NCBI GenBank assembly: GCA_027310185.1 | Contig: DAIDBH010000017.1 | Span: 64,001 to 128,000, forward strand | Length of the DNA: 64,000 bases | Direction of reading: 5' to 3' | DNA from: Thermoplasmatales archaeon | Lineage (GTDB): Archaea > Thermoplasmatota > Thermoplasmata > Thermoplasmatales > Thermoplasmataceae | Shown: one piece after another, positions 50,333-60,248 of the stretch | Layout: each line of letters begins with the position of its first letter | How positions within the stretch are numbered: position 1 is the first letter of the stretch | The notes under the pieces: generated by a model | Databases searched by the model: none | Told to the model about the DNA's origin: nothing | Seen by the model: only the letters and a program-made list of their open reading frames with translations | Program-made: the position numbers and the translations under genes

Positions 50333-51433
50333 TTGGGAAAGATAATAAAAAACCCTGAACCTCTGGAAACGGCGTATATTCCAGGATATCTCATTAACAG
50401 GGACAGTGAGCTGGATTCTCTGCAGAAGAATGTAGTATTTCCTGTGATGAGCGGTTTATCAAGCAATATTTTTATTTATGGACAGTCGGGTACGGGAAAG
50501 ACCGTTACCCTCAAATTTCTTTCATCCATGGAAACCGGCTGTTATTTCCACTATGAAAACGCCATATCTGCGGGTTCCTTCAAGAGGATTGTGGTAAAGA
50601 TTCTCAATTCACTTGGAAAACAGGTCTCAGAGAAACAGCCATTTGATTCCCTGTTCATGAGTCTTAAGAGGTATATTTCCAGGCCGATCATACTCGTTGT
50701 GGATGAATGCCTGAATCTTGTAAAGACTGATCCTGATGGACTCTACAATGTACTGAGGTCAGCAGAACTCTATGACCTTAGGATGGGCTTGATCCTTGCA
50801 TCAGTAGATAACCCTGCCCTTCACATGACATCCAGGGAGATCAGGAGGATCGGTATTTTCAATGAAATGAAATTCAGCAAGTATTCTACTTCAGATCTTT
50901 CAGGCATCCTGGATTACCGTTCAAGAGAATCACTTTATGACGGTGTTATTGAACCGGAAATTATTGAAGGTATAGCATCCATATGCTCCAGGTCTGGAAG
51001 TGCGAGGATGGCCATAGAGATATTGCAGAAAGCAGCCTTCATGAGTGAATATGAGAACAGGAGGATGATTGACCTGGAAACTGTAAGGAAAGCTTCTGCA
51101 ATGATCAACCCGTATATCACTGAAAGTAAATTGATGGAACTGGACCAGAAGGAACTGCTCATCCTTCTATCAATTTGCCAGGTACTTGAAAGGGACATCG
51201 ATGCAACAATGGAACATATAACTGACCAGATAGGCATCAATTTTGAAACCAGGGATCAGACCATCCCTGACCTGCCACTTATTTACAGGGCCATAAGACA
51301 TCTTGAGTCCCTGGATATAGTGGAGAGTGTGAGAGAAAGTTCAGGCAGGGGAAAGGGCGTTAAAAAGAGGTTTTTCATGGATGATCTACCTGTTTCAGTC
51401 CTCATACAGAAAATATTTGAAATAATAGAATGA
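50333..51433 (+). CDS. cdc6: Orc1/Cdc6-family AAA+ ATPase with winged helix
   Basis: YIP..L.NR, Walker A GQSGTGKT, Walker B LVVDE, F..Y...L, GSAR.AI and SGRGKG wing motifs. TTG start abuts the upstream stop. Confidence 0.88.
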   Translation: MGKIIKNPEPLETAYIPGYLINRDSELDSLQKNVVFPVMSGLSSNIFIYGQSGTGKTVTLKFLSSMETGCYFHYENAISAGSFKRIVVKILNSLGKQVSEKQPFDSLFMSLKRYISRPIILVVDECLNLVKTDPDGLYNVLRSAELYDLRMGLILASVDNPALHMTSREIRRIGIFNEMKFSKYSTSDLSGILDYRSRESLYDGVIEPEIIEGIASICSRSGSARMAIEILQKAAFMSEYENRRMIDLETVRKASAMINPYITESKLMELDQKELLILLSICQVLERDIDATMEHITDQIGINFETRDQTIPDLPLIYRAIRHLESLDIVESVRESSGRGKGVKKRFFMDDLPVSVLIQKIFEIIE

Positions 51434-51437
51434 GGCT

Positions 51438-53438
51438 TCAGAACCACCATGAAAGATCTGGCTGTTTTTTTATAATTAGCTGCGAGAACAGGAAGTCGAA
51501 AGGCTCAAAGTTTCTAAGGAGAATCTTTGTATAGAATTTCCTGTCAACCGGTTGATCATCAAAATTGACAACCTTTTTTGCTGAATCGTTGATTATAACA
51601 TTCATGGACTGCCCTGGCATGATCTCGATTCCATCTTCCATCAGAGACTCCATTGAGGCTTTCTGTATGTTGTTTACCCTGTAATCCTGATAATATTTTG
51701 ATGGCCTCAACGTGAGTAAAAAGTCACTTTTCTGGAATTTGTCAATGTTTCCCATATACCTGTTTTTTAATTCCACATATCTTGACTGTATGTAGTGATC
51801 ATTCACTCCGGGTTCAAGTTCTTCAAGAAGCCTCAGGACATCCTCCTGTGCTTTTATCACAACTGTCGGAGAGTCTGAACGCCTGATTCCTATCCCCCTC
51901 ACCTTGTAGCTTCCATCATATTTCAGGCCGAAATACCTGTTCAGGGCACCAAGACCAGATCTTGCAGGCAGAAATACCATCCATTTATAGTACCCATCCA
52001 TCACTATATTTATTGAAGTCTCCTTTCTAACCCTTTTCAGTAGTTTCTGTATATCCCCATTACCCTGAATAAACAGCGAATCCACTATTCCATGTATGGG
52101 TGTAAACCCCTCAGATTCTCCTATCCTCATGGCCATCTCAAGTGCCCATCTTCCAACGGAGGTTATGGCCTCATGCATCTCTATCTTTCCAAACCTTGCG
52201 TTCTTGAACCCTGTATACCCAAATGATGTTAGAAGAAGCCATTTCAGCACCTTATCCCTCATTTCAAAATCCTTCCTGATCCTCTTGTTATACTTGTATA
52301 TGAGCCTCCTCTTGAGAAGAATATCAAGTGATGATGGAATGAATCCCTTTAAAACACTGGTGCTGTATGGATTGTCACCTGGCAGTTTTACCTGTTTATC
52401 AATCCCGATTGTCTCAGGAGACATGTTGAAATGATGCATTATGGATGGATACATTGATGAGAAGTCAATCTCGTATACGTTCCTGTAGAATCCCGGTAAT
52501 GGCTGAAATACATATCCTCCACGATCACTTTCCATGAAAACATTCAATGGCTTTGGATCTTCATGATCGTCCTTGTCTGTGATTATAAGAATCCCTGATC
52601 TTATGGCCTCATAGTTTTCCATGGATGATACGGCGGTTCCAGGTGTTACCCTGCATACTGTCTCCGGAGAGAGTCCAGTTATGCGACTTATCTCGAATAT
52701 GCCTTCAAGGCCACCTTCTTCATACATGAATGAGTTACTGTTTATTGATATCCTTCCATTTATGTGTATTGATGGCGTTGAATATGAGACCCTTCCATAT
52801 GACATGAATGACCTGCCACCAGATGTTCTGTATCCTATCCTCTTACCGATGATCATGTCAATGCGTGAAAGGAATGCTGCCATTGAGCTTGCATCGTCGT
52901 ATATTATTATGGGAGAACTCTGGAAATTATCCATGAAAAATTTCATGGCATCCATTTCATTGGTGAATTCCGTGCTATTTATTTCAGCATGCTTCCATCT
53001 GTATCCGTTGTATTTAACACTGCATTTCATGCAGGGTATTTCTGGATCATGATCCAGTGGGCTTTCTATGGAAAAATAGGTTAAATTGCCTGCAGACATG
53101 ATCTTCAGTCCCGGATCGAGAAGACCGTTATATATCCGGAATTTTCTTCCGTATCCTATGCCCTTGATTATTTTTATGAATTCCCTTTCCCTGTTCTGGG
53201 CTATATAAATTCTCAGGCCTTCAACCCTTGAATATACATCCCTTTCCACCGAATGCTCATAAACTATGTCCCCGGCATCTTCAATCTGCCTTTCTAGAAA
53301 ATCCATATCAAAAGGGTCTCCAGTGACAAATATCCAGTTTCTCCAGTGGATCTTTTCATATCTTAACCTGCCATTTTCATAAACCCACAGGAGAGGATTC
53401 CTGCCTGTTGTAAGATTGACTATTGTTCTACTGCTCAT
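51438..53438 (-). CDS. PolB2/Dpo2-type family B DNA polymerase
   Basis: Motif A DFSSMYPS, motif B KWLLLTSFGY, motif C HGIVDS (replacing YGDTDS) and VRGIGIRR. Degenerate exonuclease region. Confidence 0.9.
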   Translation of the reverse strand: MSSRTIVNLTTGRNPLLWVYENGRLRYEKIHWRNWIFVTGDPFDMDFLERQIEDAGDIVYEHSVERDVYSRVEGLRIYIAQNREREFIKIIKGIGYGRKFRIYNGLLDPGLKIMSAGNLTYFSIESPLDHDPEIPCMKCSVKYNGYRWKHAEINSTEFTNEMDAMKFFMDNFQSSPIIIYDDASSMAAFLSRIDMIIGKRIGYRTSGGRSFMSYGRVSYSTPSIHINGRISINSNSFMYEEGGLEGIFEISRITGLSPETVCRVTPGTAVSSMENYEAIRSGILIITDKDDHEDPKPLNVFMESDRGGYVFQPLPGFYRNVYEIDFSSMYPSIMHHFNMSPETIGIDKQVKLPGDNPYSTSVLKGFIPSSLDILLKRRLIYKYNKRIRKDFEMRDKVLKWLLLTSFGYTGFKNARFGKIEMHEAITSVGRWALEMAMRIGESEGFTPIHGIVDSLFIQGNGDIQKLLKRVRKETSINIVMDGYYKWMVFLPARSGLGALNRYFGLKYDGSYKVRGIGIRRSDSPTVVIKAQEDVLRLLEELEPGVNDHYIQSRYVELKNRYMGNIDKFQKSDFLLTLRPSKYYQDYRVNNIQKASMESLMEDGIEIMPGQSMNVIINDSAKKVVNFDDQPVDRKFYTKILLRNFEPFDFLFSQLIIKKQPDLSWWF

Positions 53439-53655
53439 GGTTGATTCTGCCAATCATTTCCATGATTACGGATATGAGAAATGCAGTTTCTGGAGACAGC
53501 CTTGAAAGATCCATCTGGGACGCGTGAATCCTCCCCATGAGGAGTATTTCATCAAATATTTTCCTGTCCCTTTCAGGCATGGAGCTCTCCATGGATTTCA
53601 TTGTCTTTGCAAGACTTTCCATAACCTGCCTTGACGTGTAGGTATTTCTGCCCAT
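53428..53655 (-). CDS. Small PolB2-associated helical protein (arCOG07300-like)
   Basis: MGRNTYTSR...DRKIFDEIL...FLISVIME, directly upstream of polB2. Confidence 0.75.
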   Translation of the reverse strand: MGRNTYTSRQVMESLAKTMKSMESSMPERDRKIFDEILLMGRIHASQMDLSRLSPETAFLISVIMEMIGRINHEQ

Positions 53656-54089
53656 TTTTCATCACCCCCTGTATCCTGCGTGTAAAATGCCCTCTTCATT
53701 AAATGGTTGGTTCTCACACTTAACGGTGGTTTCCCGATAAATTCAACGAATGCAAAAAGGCCCCTGGTAATAGGCCATATGGCCATTGCATCCATCATGT
53801 AGCTTACAGATTCTGAGTCCCAGTCCTCCACCGCCCTGCTATTCAGAACCATTGCACATGCTGCTGTATCCTGCTCTCCCATTACCCTTATGAGCTGGTG
53901 GGATGTCAGTATCCTCTGTATCCGAACGTCTCCGGCTGAGAGATTTGAGAGGAATGCTGGCGAAAGCATTATTCCATCGGTTATGAGAAGGTTCAGTGAA
54001 TCAGCACCTTCAAATTTCTCCAGTATATGTTCCTGAGCTGTCTCGGAAAATGAGTTGTATACAATTATGGTCAGTGAGCCCCTGTACAT
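53598..54089 (-). CDS. Degenerate RadA/RecA-fold protein (no Walker A)
   Basis: First gene of the polB2 operon. VRIQRILTSHQL resembles the RadA i.i.Ra.t..Ql segment. Confidence 0.55.
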   Translation of the reverse strand: MYRGSLTIIVYNSFSETAQEHILEKFEGADSLNLLITDGIMLSPAFLSNLSAGDVRIQRILTSHQLIRVMGEQDTAACAMVLNSRAVEDWDSESVSYMMDAMAIWPITRGLFAFVEFIGKPPLSVRTNHLMKRAFYTQDTGGDEKWAEIPTRQGRLWKVLQRQ

Positions 54090-54189
54090 AAATTTGAAAA
54101 CTCTTATTTCCCTTAATAAGCTTTGGCATGAGAAAAAAAATGAAAAAATGTAATTTTTCCCTGAAATTCAAGGTAAACAGGTGGATGAC

Positions 54190-55245
54190 ATGAGTGGGGA
54201 ACCGGTGAGGAAGAAACTTTCCATAGGGCATGATGAAACTGAGTATGTATGCGGAAAAAATGCAATAGATGTTGAGGATGATGAGGGCATATTCATTGTT
54301 AGTGAAAATGTCAGGAATATGTATCCGGAGAAGGTGAGAAGGTTCTCAGAGGAAAAAATTATCCTTGTTGAAGATGGTGAGAATTCAAAAAGGATTGATA
54401 ATTATGAAAAGGTATGCAGGATGCTGATTGACAGCAACGTAGAGAGGAACAGCTGCCTGACATATATTGGAGGGGGGACCATTGGTGATCTTTCAGGCTT
54501 CATAGCATCCACATACAAGAGAGGACTGAGGTTGAAAGCAATACCCACAACATTACTGTCACAGATTGATAGCTCCATCGGTGGAAAGAACGGAATAAAT
54601 TTTTCTGGCGTGAAAAATGCCATAGGTACATTCAGGAACCCTGAAAGAATAATTGCAGATACTGACTTCCTGATGAAAAATGACCAGCTCATAAGGGAAG
54701 GCATGGCTGAGATGATAAAACATGGATTCTCCCTGGATTATACAATAATTGATACGCTCATGAATAATGATATGGAAAGCGTGAAGAAAGGAGACGTGCT
54801 CAGGGACCTGATCATGAAAAATGCAGAAATAAAAGCTTCCGTGTGTGATGAAGATCCGTATGAACTTCTTGGAAGAAGATACGTACTGAACTTCGGACAT
54901 ACAGTGGCCCATGGACTTGAAGCTATATCTGAAAACAGGGTAACCCACGGATCCGCAGTGATGTACGGAATGATGTTTGAAATGAAGATGTCAGAGCTTG
55001 ATGGAATGATGAAATATGATGGAACTGGTAAAATGAGTGACCTCATGAACAGATATGGCATGAAGATGCCAGAAGTCAGTGATGAAATGCTTGAGGGAAG
55101 CCTCAAGTACATAATGAATGACAAGAAGATAAGGAATGGAAAAATCACGATTCCAATGGCTACTGAACCTGGCATGACAGTTATGACTGATCTGAAAATG
55201 GAAATTTTCAGGGAATTGTTTTTAAAAGCTGGGAGAATGATGTGA
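54190..55245 (+). CDS. aroB: 3-dehydroquinate synthase
   Basis: DGENSK, GGGTIGD, PTTLLSQIDSSIGGK, KNAIG and LNFGHT motifs. Confidence 0.95.
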   Translation: MSGEPVRKKLSIGHDETEYVCGKNAIDVEDDEGIFIVSENVRNMYPEKVRRFSEEKIILVEDGENSKRIDNYEKVCRMLIDSNVERNSCLTYIGGGTIGDLSGFIASTYKRGLRLKAIPTTLLSQIDSSIGGKNGINFSGVKNAIGTFRNPERIIADTDFLMKNDQLIREGMAEMIKHGFSLDYTIIDTLMNNDMESVKKGDVLRDLIMKNAEIKASVCDEDPYELLGRRYVLNFGHTVAHGLEAISENRVTHGSAVMYGMMFEMKMSELDGMMKYDGTGKMSDLMNRYGMKMPEVSDEMLEGSLKYIMNDKKIRNGKITIPMATEPGMTVMTDLKMEIFRELFLKAGRMM

Positions 55246-55246
55246 G

Positions 55247-56074
55247 ATGATGTATGGCCTTCTTGGATCACCTGTGGGCAGGTCCTGGAGTGAGGTTCTA
55301 TTCAACAGGATATTCGAACTGGAAGAAAATGACAATATTTACACAGCAATCAACATCAGTCTAGCAACACTGAAAAGATTCATGGAAAAAGTGGATGTGA
55401 GCTACAAGGGCTTCAACGTCACAATTCCTTATAAGGAGGATATCCTCAGATACACTGAAAACAGGGACCCGCTTGTATGGAAGGCAGGTGTTGCAAATGT
55501 TATAAAACGGGAAGGTAATGGTTTTACCGCCTTCAACACAGATTATGCAGGTCTCCAGGAGCTGTTCACTAAGAATAATGTGAACCTGGATGGAAAGAGG
55601 GTGGCAATTGCTGGAGCTGGTGGCGTTTCCAGGATCCTGATCTACTACATACTTACAAACTTCAGTTCGGACACACTGCACATATTTACCAGAAGCCCGG
55701 AGATGACAGGAAAGAAGATCAAGGGGACATGGCAGTATGAAAATATGAAGATAAGAAGTTATGATGATATTGAAAAATATGATGTCCTGATCAACTGCAC
55801 ACCACTGGGAATGAACCCGGGAGATCCATCACCATTTTCCCCATCTTTTTATGATGAAAAGGCCACTGCCATAGATCTTACATACCAGTATGAAGAAACG
55901 AAATTCATGAAATACGCAACCGAAAAGGGAGGCAAAGCCACCAACGGCAGGGAAATGTTCTTCAGGCAGGCAGAGGAGACTTACAGGATCTTTTTCATGG
56001 ATGAGTGCAAACGGGAAATATTCAGCAGGGCAAGGGGTGATACCTTAAGATGGATGACAGAACACTTATCCTGA
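55247..56074 (+). CDS. aroE: Shikimate dehydrogenase
   Basis: GFNVTIPYK, NTD, GAGG, NCTPLGM and DLTY motifs. Confidence 0.93.
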   Translation: MMYGLLGSPVGRSWSEVLFNRIFELEENDNIYTAINISLATLKRFMEKVDVSYKGFNVTIPYKEDILRYTENRDPLVWKAGVANVIKREGNGFTAFNTDYAGLQELFTKNNVNLDGKRVAIAGAGGVSRILIYYILTNFSSDTLHIFTRSPEMTGKKIKGTWQYENMKIRSYDDIEKYDVLINCTPLGMNPGDPSPFSPSFYDEKATAIDLTYQYEETKFMKYATEKGGKATNGREMFFRQAEETYRIFFMDECKREIFSRARGDTLRWMTEHLS

Positions 56075-56889
56075 ACATGAACTCTGGAATATCGATTCTC
56101 AGTGCTTTTGTGAACTGGAAAGGAGCGGCCCTGGCACTGGATTACCAGATGGAAATAACTGCAAGGAAGGGAGATGCAAAGAAGAACCAGTGGAATATAA
56201 GGAGGATGCTGTCCATATTGAAGAACTCCTATGGAAAGGATTCAGAACTGCAGATAGATGTAAGCAGGAAAATACCTTCAGGAATGGGGTTGAAGAGCAG
56301 CAGTGCCCTGGTTTCTGGAGTTGTGAAGGCTTATTCCATATTCAATGATATGAACATGGAAACAGAGGATATTGTGACCGTATCAAGCAGGATATCAAGA
56401 CAGATAAAGGTCTCGGCCACAGGTGCATCTGATGATCTGTATGCTTCAATACTTGGAGGTCTGTGTGTAACAGATAACAGGAATGCAAAGCTACTGAGGC
56501 ATTACAGGATAAGGGAAAAACATTACATAATAATAACCTCAAGGGATAGAAGATCGAGTTATGATTATGGCAAGATGGATCTATCGTTCCTGAGAAATGC
56601 ATATGAAAGAATGTTCCAGAGATTAAATTCATACAACTTTGAAGATATAGCCATCATGAATGGATTTTATCTTGGAACAGTGTCTGGCATTGATATGCCT
56701 GGTGAGATATTGAATAAGCTCAGGTTTAACATAATGGGGATAAATGGCAAGGGACCATCCCTGTTTCTTCAGTATGAAAATCCAAAAACACTGGAAAGGG
56801 ATATAGAAATTCTCAGGAGGGGAAATGTGAGCTTTCTAGTTGCTTCAAGCACAAATCTTCCTTCATCACATGAGTGGAAAAATGAGTAG
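56050..56889 (+). CDS. aroK: Archaeal (GHMP-family) shikimate kinase
   Basis: IPSGMGLKSSSA, SATGASDD and GKGPS motifs. Confidence 0.88.
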   Translation: MDDRTLILNMNSGISILSAFVNWKGAALALDYQMEITARKGDAKKNQWNIRRMLSILKNSYGKDSELQIDVSRKIPSGMGLKSSSALVSGVVKAYSIFNDMNMETEDIVTVSSRISRQIKVSATGASDDLYASILGGLCVTDNRNAKLLRHYRIREKHYIIITSRDRRSSYDYGKMDLSFLRNAYERMFQRLNSYNFEDIAIMNGFYLGTVSGIDMPGEILNKLRFNIMGINGKGPSLFLQYENPKTLERDIEILRRGNVSFLVASSTNLPSSHEWKNE

Positions 56890-58138
56890 AATTATAATTC
56901 CAGGAGAACTGAGTGGTAAAGTTGATGCTCCATCTTCCAAAAGCATATCACAGAGAGTTCTATTGCTTTCTGCCTTCCTTCCAGGGCATAAGCGCATAGG
57001 ACCAATTTCTGGATGTGAGGATGAAATGGTTGCACTTGGGATATGCAGTTCCAACGGAATGAAGATAATAAAGGACGGCAAATATTACAACATTTACGGT
57101 TCATTCACTGATCCAGAATCAATAAATGTTGGGGAATCTGGCACTGCCCTAAGAATGGTGCTTGGTCTGCTGGCGTCCAGAAGATGCAGGTGCGCTATAG
57201 ATACCGAAGGGAAACTTTTGGAGAGACCATTAAAACCCCTGATAATTTCACTTGAAGGCATTGGGTGCAGGTTTTCAATGAACGGGAGAACATTGCTTTT
57301 TGATGGGACAGATGCTAGATACGTGAAAGAAATATCCATAAACGGAGAAATAAGCTCACAGTTCACAAGTTCAATTCTTTTATACATGGCACTGAACCCA
57401 ATTGAGGATAAGATCATCCATATGGAGGGAAAGGTCAATTCAGAAGGATACCTCAACATGACCGTTGATGTGCTTAGGAAACTGGGCCTGACCATCAAAA
57501 GAACCGGTAGCGATCTCATGATAAATGGGACATTGAATGAAATGAACACTTCCCTTGATATAGAGGGAGATTATTCATCAGCCTCTTTCCTGATTGCTGC
57601 TGGATTGCTGCTATCCAGGAAGGGGATAGAAATAAATAACCTGAAAAGAGAAAGCATGCAGCCAGACGTGAATATTCTGAATTTACTTGATGGATTTCTG
57701 CAATATGGAGAAAATTCAATAATTGCCATGAAAAAAGATATAACTTCCCCCCTTGAGGTGGACGTCAACATAAACCCGGATCTGGCACCGGTTATGGCCC
57801 TATTGGGAATGTTTTCAAGACATGGGGCGACCATAAGAAATTCAGATAGGTTAACCGGCAAGGAGAGTGACAGGAAGAAGGCGATTATCCAGATAGCTGA
57901 GGCCTTCGGATCAGAAGTTGTTGAAGACGATGGAGATTTGCATATTGGCCCAAGCAAGAACGATGTTTCACCTGCACTCCCAATATTGATGGATCACAGA
58001 ATTGTCATGGAAACAATCCTGGCACAGTCAATGGTAGCAGAGAAGTTCATAGTGCACAATCCTGAAAGCCTGAACAAGAGTTATCCTTCGTTTATAGATG
58101 ATTTGATTTCCCTTGGATTTAAGGAAGAATTGGAATAA
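56882..58138 (+). CDS. aroA: EPSP synthase
   Basis: PSSKS..R, GESGTALR, SSQF, EGDYSSA, KESDR, DHR and KSYP motifs. Confidence 0.92.
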   Translation: MSRIIIPGELSGKVDAPSSKSISQRVLLLSAFLPGHKRIGPISGCEDEMVALGICSSNGMKIIKDGKYYNIYGSFTDPESINVGESGTALRMVLGLLASRRCRCAIDTEGKLLERPLKPLIISLEGIGCRFSMNGRTLLFDGTDARYVKEISINGEISSQFTSSILLYMALNPIEDKIIHMEGKVNSEGYLNMTVDVLRKLGLTIKRTGSDLMINGTLNEMNTSLDIEGDYSSASFLIAAGLLLSRKGIEINNLKRESMQPDVNILNLLDGFLQYGENSIIAMKKDITSPLEVDVNINPDLAPVMALLGMFSRHGATIRNSDRLTGKESDRKKAIIQIAEAFGSEVVEDDGDLHIGPSKNDVSPALPILMDHRIVMETILAQSMVAEKFIVHNPESLNKSYPSFIDDLISLGFKEELE

Positions 58139-58168
58139 GGATTATTAGCAACCAAACAATTTCAATAT

Positions 58169-59821
58169 ATGCTTTTATTTCAGGACATATTGGAATTAAC
58201 AAAATCTGAAGCGAGGAAACACATCGAGACCCTGGATGACAAGGATGTTATTTTCGACCAGACTGATCATGCCCATATTACAATCAGGTTGATAAGATAT
58301 GAAAAAACGGTTGATAACTTTGATACTAAATTACAGGCCATAATGAAAGAATTGAAGAAACTTCCATTTATTAAGTCACTGGAATATGAGAAAGGTTACA
58401 TAAATATCTTTGCAGATGGATGGTATCTCCTGAATGCCATGCATGAATCCCTTGAAACAACGGGTTCCTTTCCTGATTCTTTCCAGGATCCTGAAAGAGT
58501 GTCGGTTGAACATACGAGCACAAATCCGACTGGTCCCATACATATGGGAAGGATAAGGAATTCCATAATAGGAGACTCAATTGCAAGATTGATGGAAAGA
58601 TATGGCTACAGGGTTGTCACTCAGTATTATGTCAATGACTCGGGTAAACAGATGGTATCCCTGTACCTTGGTTATGAAAAGTTCCATAAGGGTGAAAAAT
58701 TAACAAAGGAAATACTGCTGGATGGATATAAGAAGATTTATGGATATTTTGAGCAGAAGGGCGATGAAAAAGAAGTGGAATCGCTGATGGAAAAATATGA
58801 AAAAGGGGATGACAACCTGATATCACAGATAAAGAATATAGCCCAGATAATGCTGGATGATATTGTTTCTGACCTGAATCTACTTAACATAAAGATGGAT
58901 GAGTTCACCTGGGAATCAGAATTTATTGTCACTGGAGAAACAGAGGAAGTCGTCAGAGACCTTTCAGAATATATACAGGAAGAGGATGGGGCAAAATATA
59001 TAGATGTGCCCAATGTCAGGAAGATTTTTGTCAAGAGGAAGAACGGGACAAGCCTCTACGTGACAAGGGATATTGCGTATCATATGTACAAGTTCTCACA
59101 GTATGACAAATGTATTGTTGTGGTTGGGGAGGACCATAAGGAACACGGAAAAATCATGGATTATGTGATGCACCAGCTCCTGGACTATAAGAATTCTCTT
59201 GATTTTGTTTACTATGGAATGGTCAATCTTGAATCTGGAAGAATGTCTACAAGAAAGGGTACTAGCGTCACTGTGAAAGAAGTTTATGAAAAATTATACG
59301 AAAAGGCCAGGAATGAAGTCATGAACAGATATGGAAATGAGGATGATGTTGACAAAATAAGCAGGGATATAGCAGTCTCTTCTCTCAGATTTTATATGCT
59401 GAAGATCAATATGCAAAAACCCATAACCTTCAAGTGGGATGATGCCCTGGATTTCAATGGAGAAACTGCACCTTTCATCATGTATTCTTACACAAGAGCA
59501 AGCAGCATAATGGAGAAATTGAAGGAAAGTTCGGGTGAAGCAACACCTGAGAACCTTGAGAAGGAAGAAGATGATCTCATCCTTGAGATGTATAAATATC
59601 CATATAAGATAATTGATGCAACAAGAAGCCTGAGACCAGATATCATAACTGGTTATATTCTGGATCTATCTAAAAAATTCACTACTTTCTATGAGAAATG
59701 CAAGGTACTTGGTGAAGAAGAAGGAGTTGAACAGAGAAGAGTGAACATTCTGAAGACATACATGAACATCATTGATGACAGTTCACAACTTGTGGGAATA
59801 AAGAATGTAAAAAAGATGTGA
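58169..59821 (+). CDS. argS: Arginine--tRNA ligase
   Basis: EHTSTNPTGPIHMGRIRN, YVND.G, YVTRDIAY and MSTRKG motifs. Confidence 0.96.
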   Translation: MLLFQDILELTKSEARKHIETLDDKDVIFDQTDHAHITIRLIRYEKTVDNFDTKLQAIMKELKKLPFIKSLEYEKGYINIFADGWYLLNAMHESLETTGSFPDSFQDPERVSVEHTSTNPTGPIHMGRIRNSIIGDSIARLMERYGYRVVTQYYVNDSGKQMVSLYLGYEKFHKGEKLTKEILLDGYKKIYGYFEQKGDEKEVESLMEKYEKGDDNLISQIKNIAQIMLDDIVSDLNLLNIKMDEFTWESEFIVTGETEEVVRDLSEYIQEEDGAKYIDVPNVRKIFVKRKNGTSLYVTRDIAYHMYKFSQYDKCIVVVGEDHKEHGKIMDYVMHQLLDYKNSLDFVYYGMVNLESGRMSTRKGTSVTVKEVYEKLYEKARNEVMNRYGNEDDVDKISRDIAVSSLRFYMLKINMQKPITFKWDDALDFNGETAPFIMYSYTRASSIMEKLKESSGEATPENLEKEEDDLILEMYKYPYKIIDATRSLRPDIITGYILDLSKKFTTFYEKCKVLGEEEGVEQRRVNILKTYMNIIDDSSQLVGIKNVKKM

Positions 59822-59902
59822 TACATCAATGGGTACAAACGGATGCAATTTACTGGTTTTAATGATATCGATCAACGTTAAATACGTTGAAAAAATCCCG
59901 CG

Positions 59903-60127
59903 ATGATAGGTATGTCTGGTCTATATCACGTAAAATGCCCGAACTGCGGAAATGAATTCAATGTAAACTATTCTGAATGGAATAGTCTTTCGGATCCATC
60001 GTTAGGTTTAATTTTCAGGTGGGGACCTCATTCGTTTTCAGTAAAGTGTCCACAGTGCCATAAGAGGGAAAGGTATCATGTCACACCTGCAGATGCAGTA
60101 ACTCAAGAAGACGACGCTCAAATTTAA
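59903..60127 (+). CDS. Small zinc-ribbon protein
   Basis: CPNCG and CPQC pairs, acidic tail. Confidence 0.7.
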   Translation: MIGMSGLYHVKCPNCGNEFNVNYSEWNSLSDPSLGLIFRWGPHSFSVKCPQCHKRERYHVTPADAVTQEDDAQI

Positions 60128-60248
60128 AATTTATCTGTATACTTAGCTATTGCAATTCATATAAATTTTAGGAGAACATGAAATAAACGCGATTAGCTAA
60201 TAAATAAAAAAAATGATGAATCTAAAAATATTGAAAAAAATTAGATAT

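Noticed and set aside
50333-51437. Replication origin next to cdc6
   Set aside because: Flanking gaps are 0 and 4 bp, and no ORB repeats with G-strings were seen.
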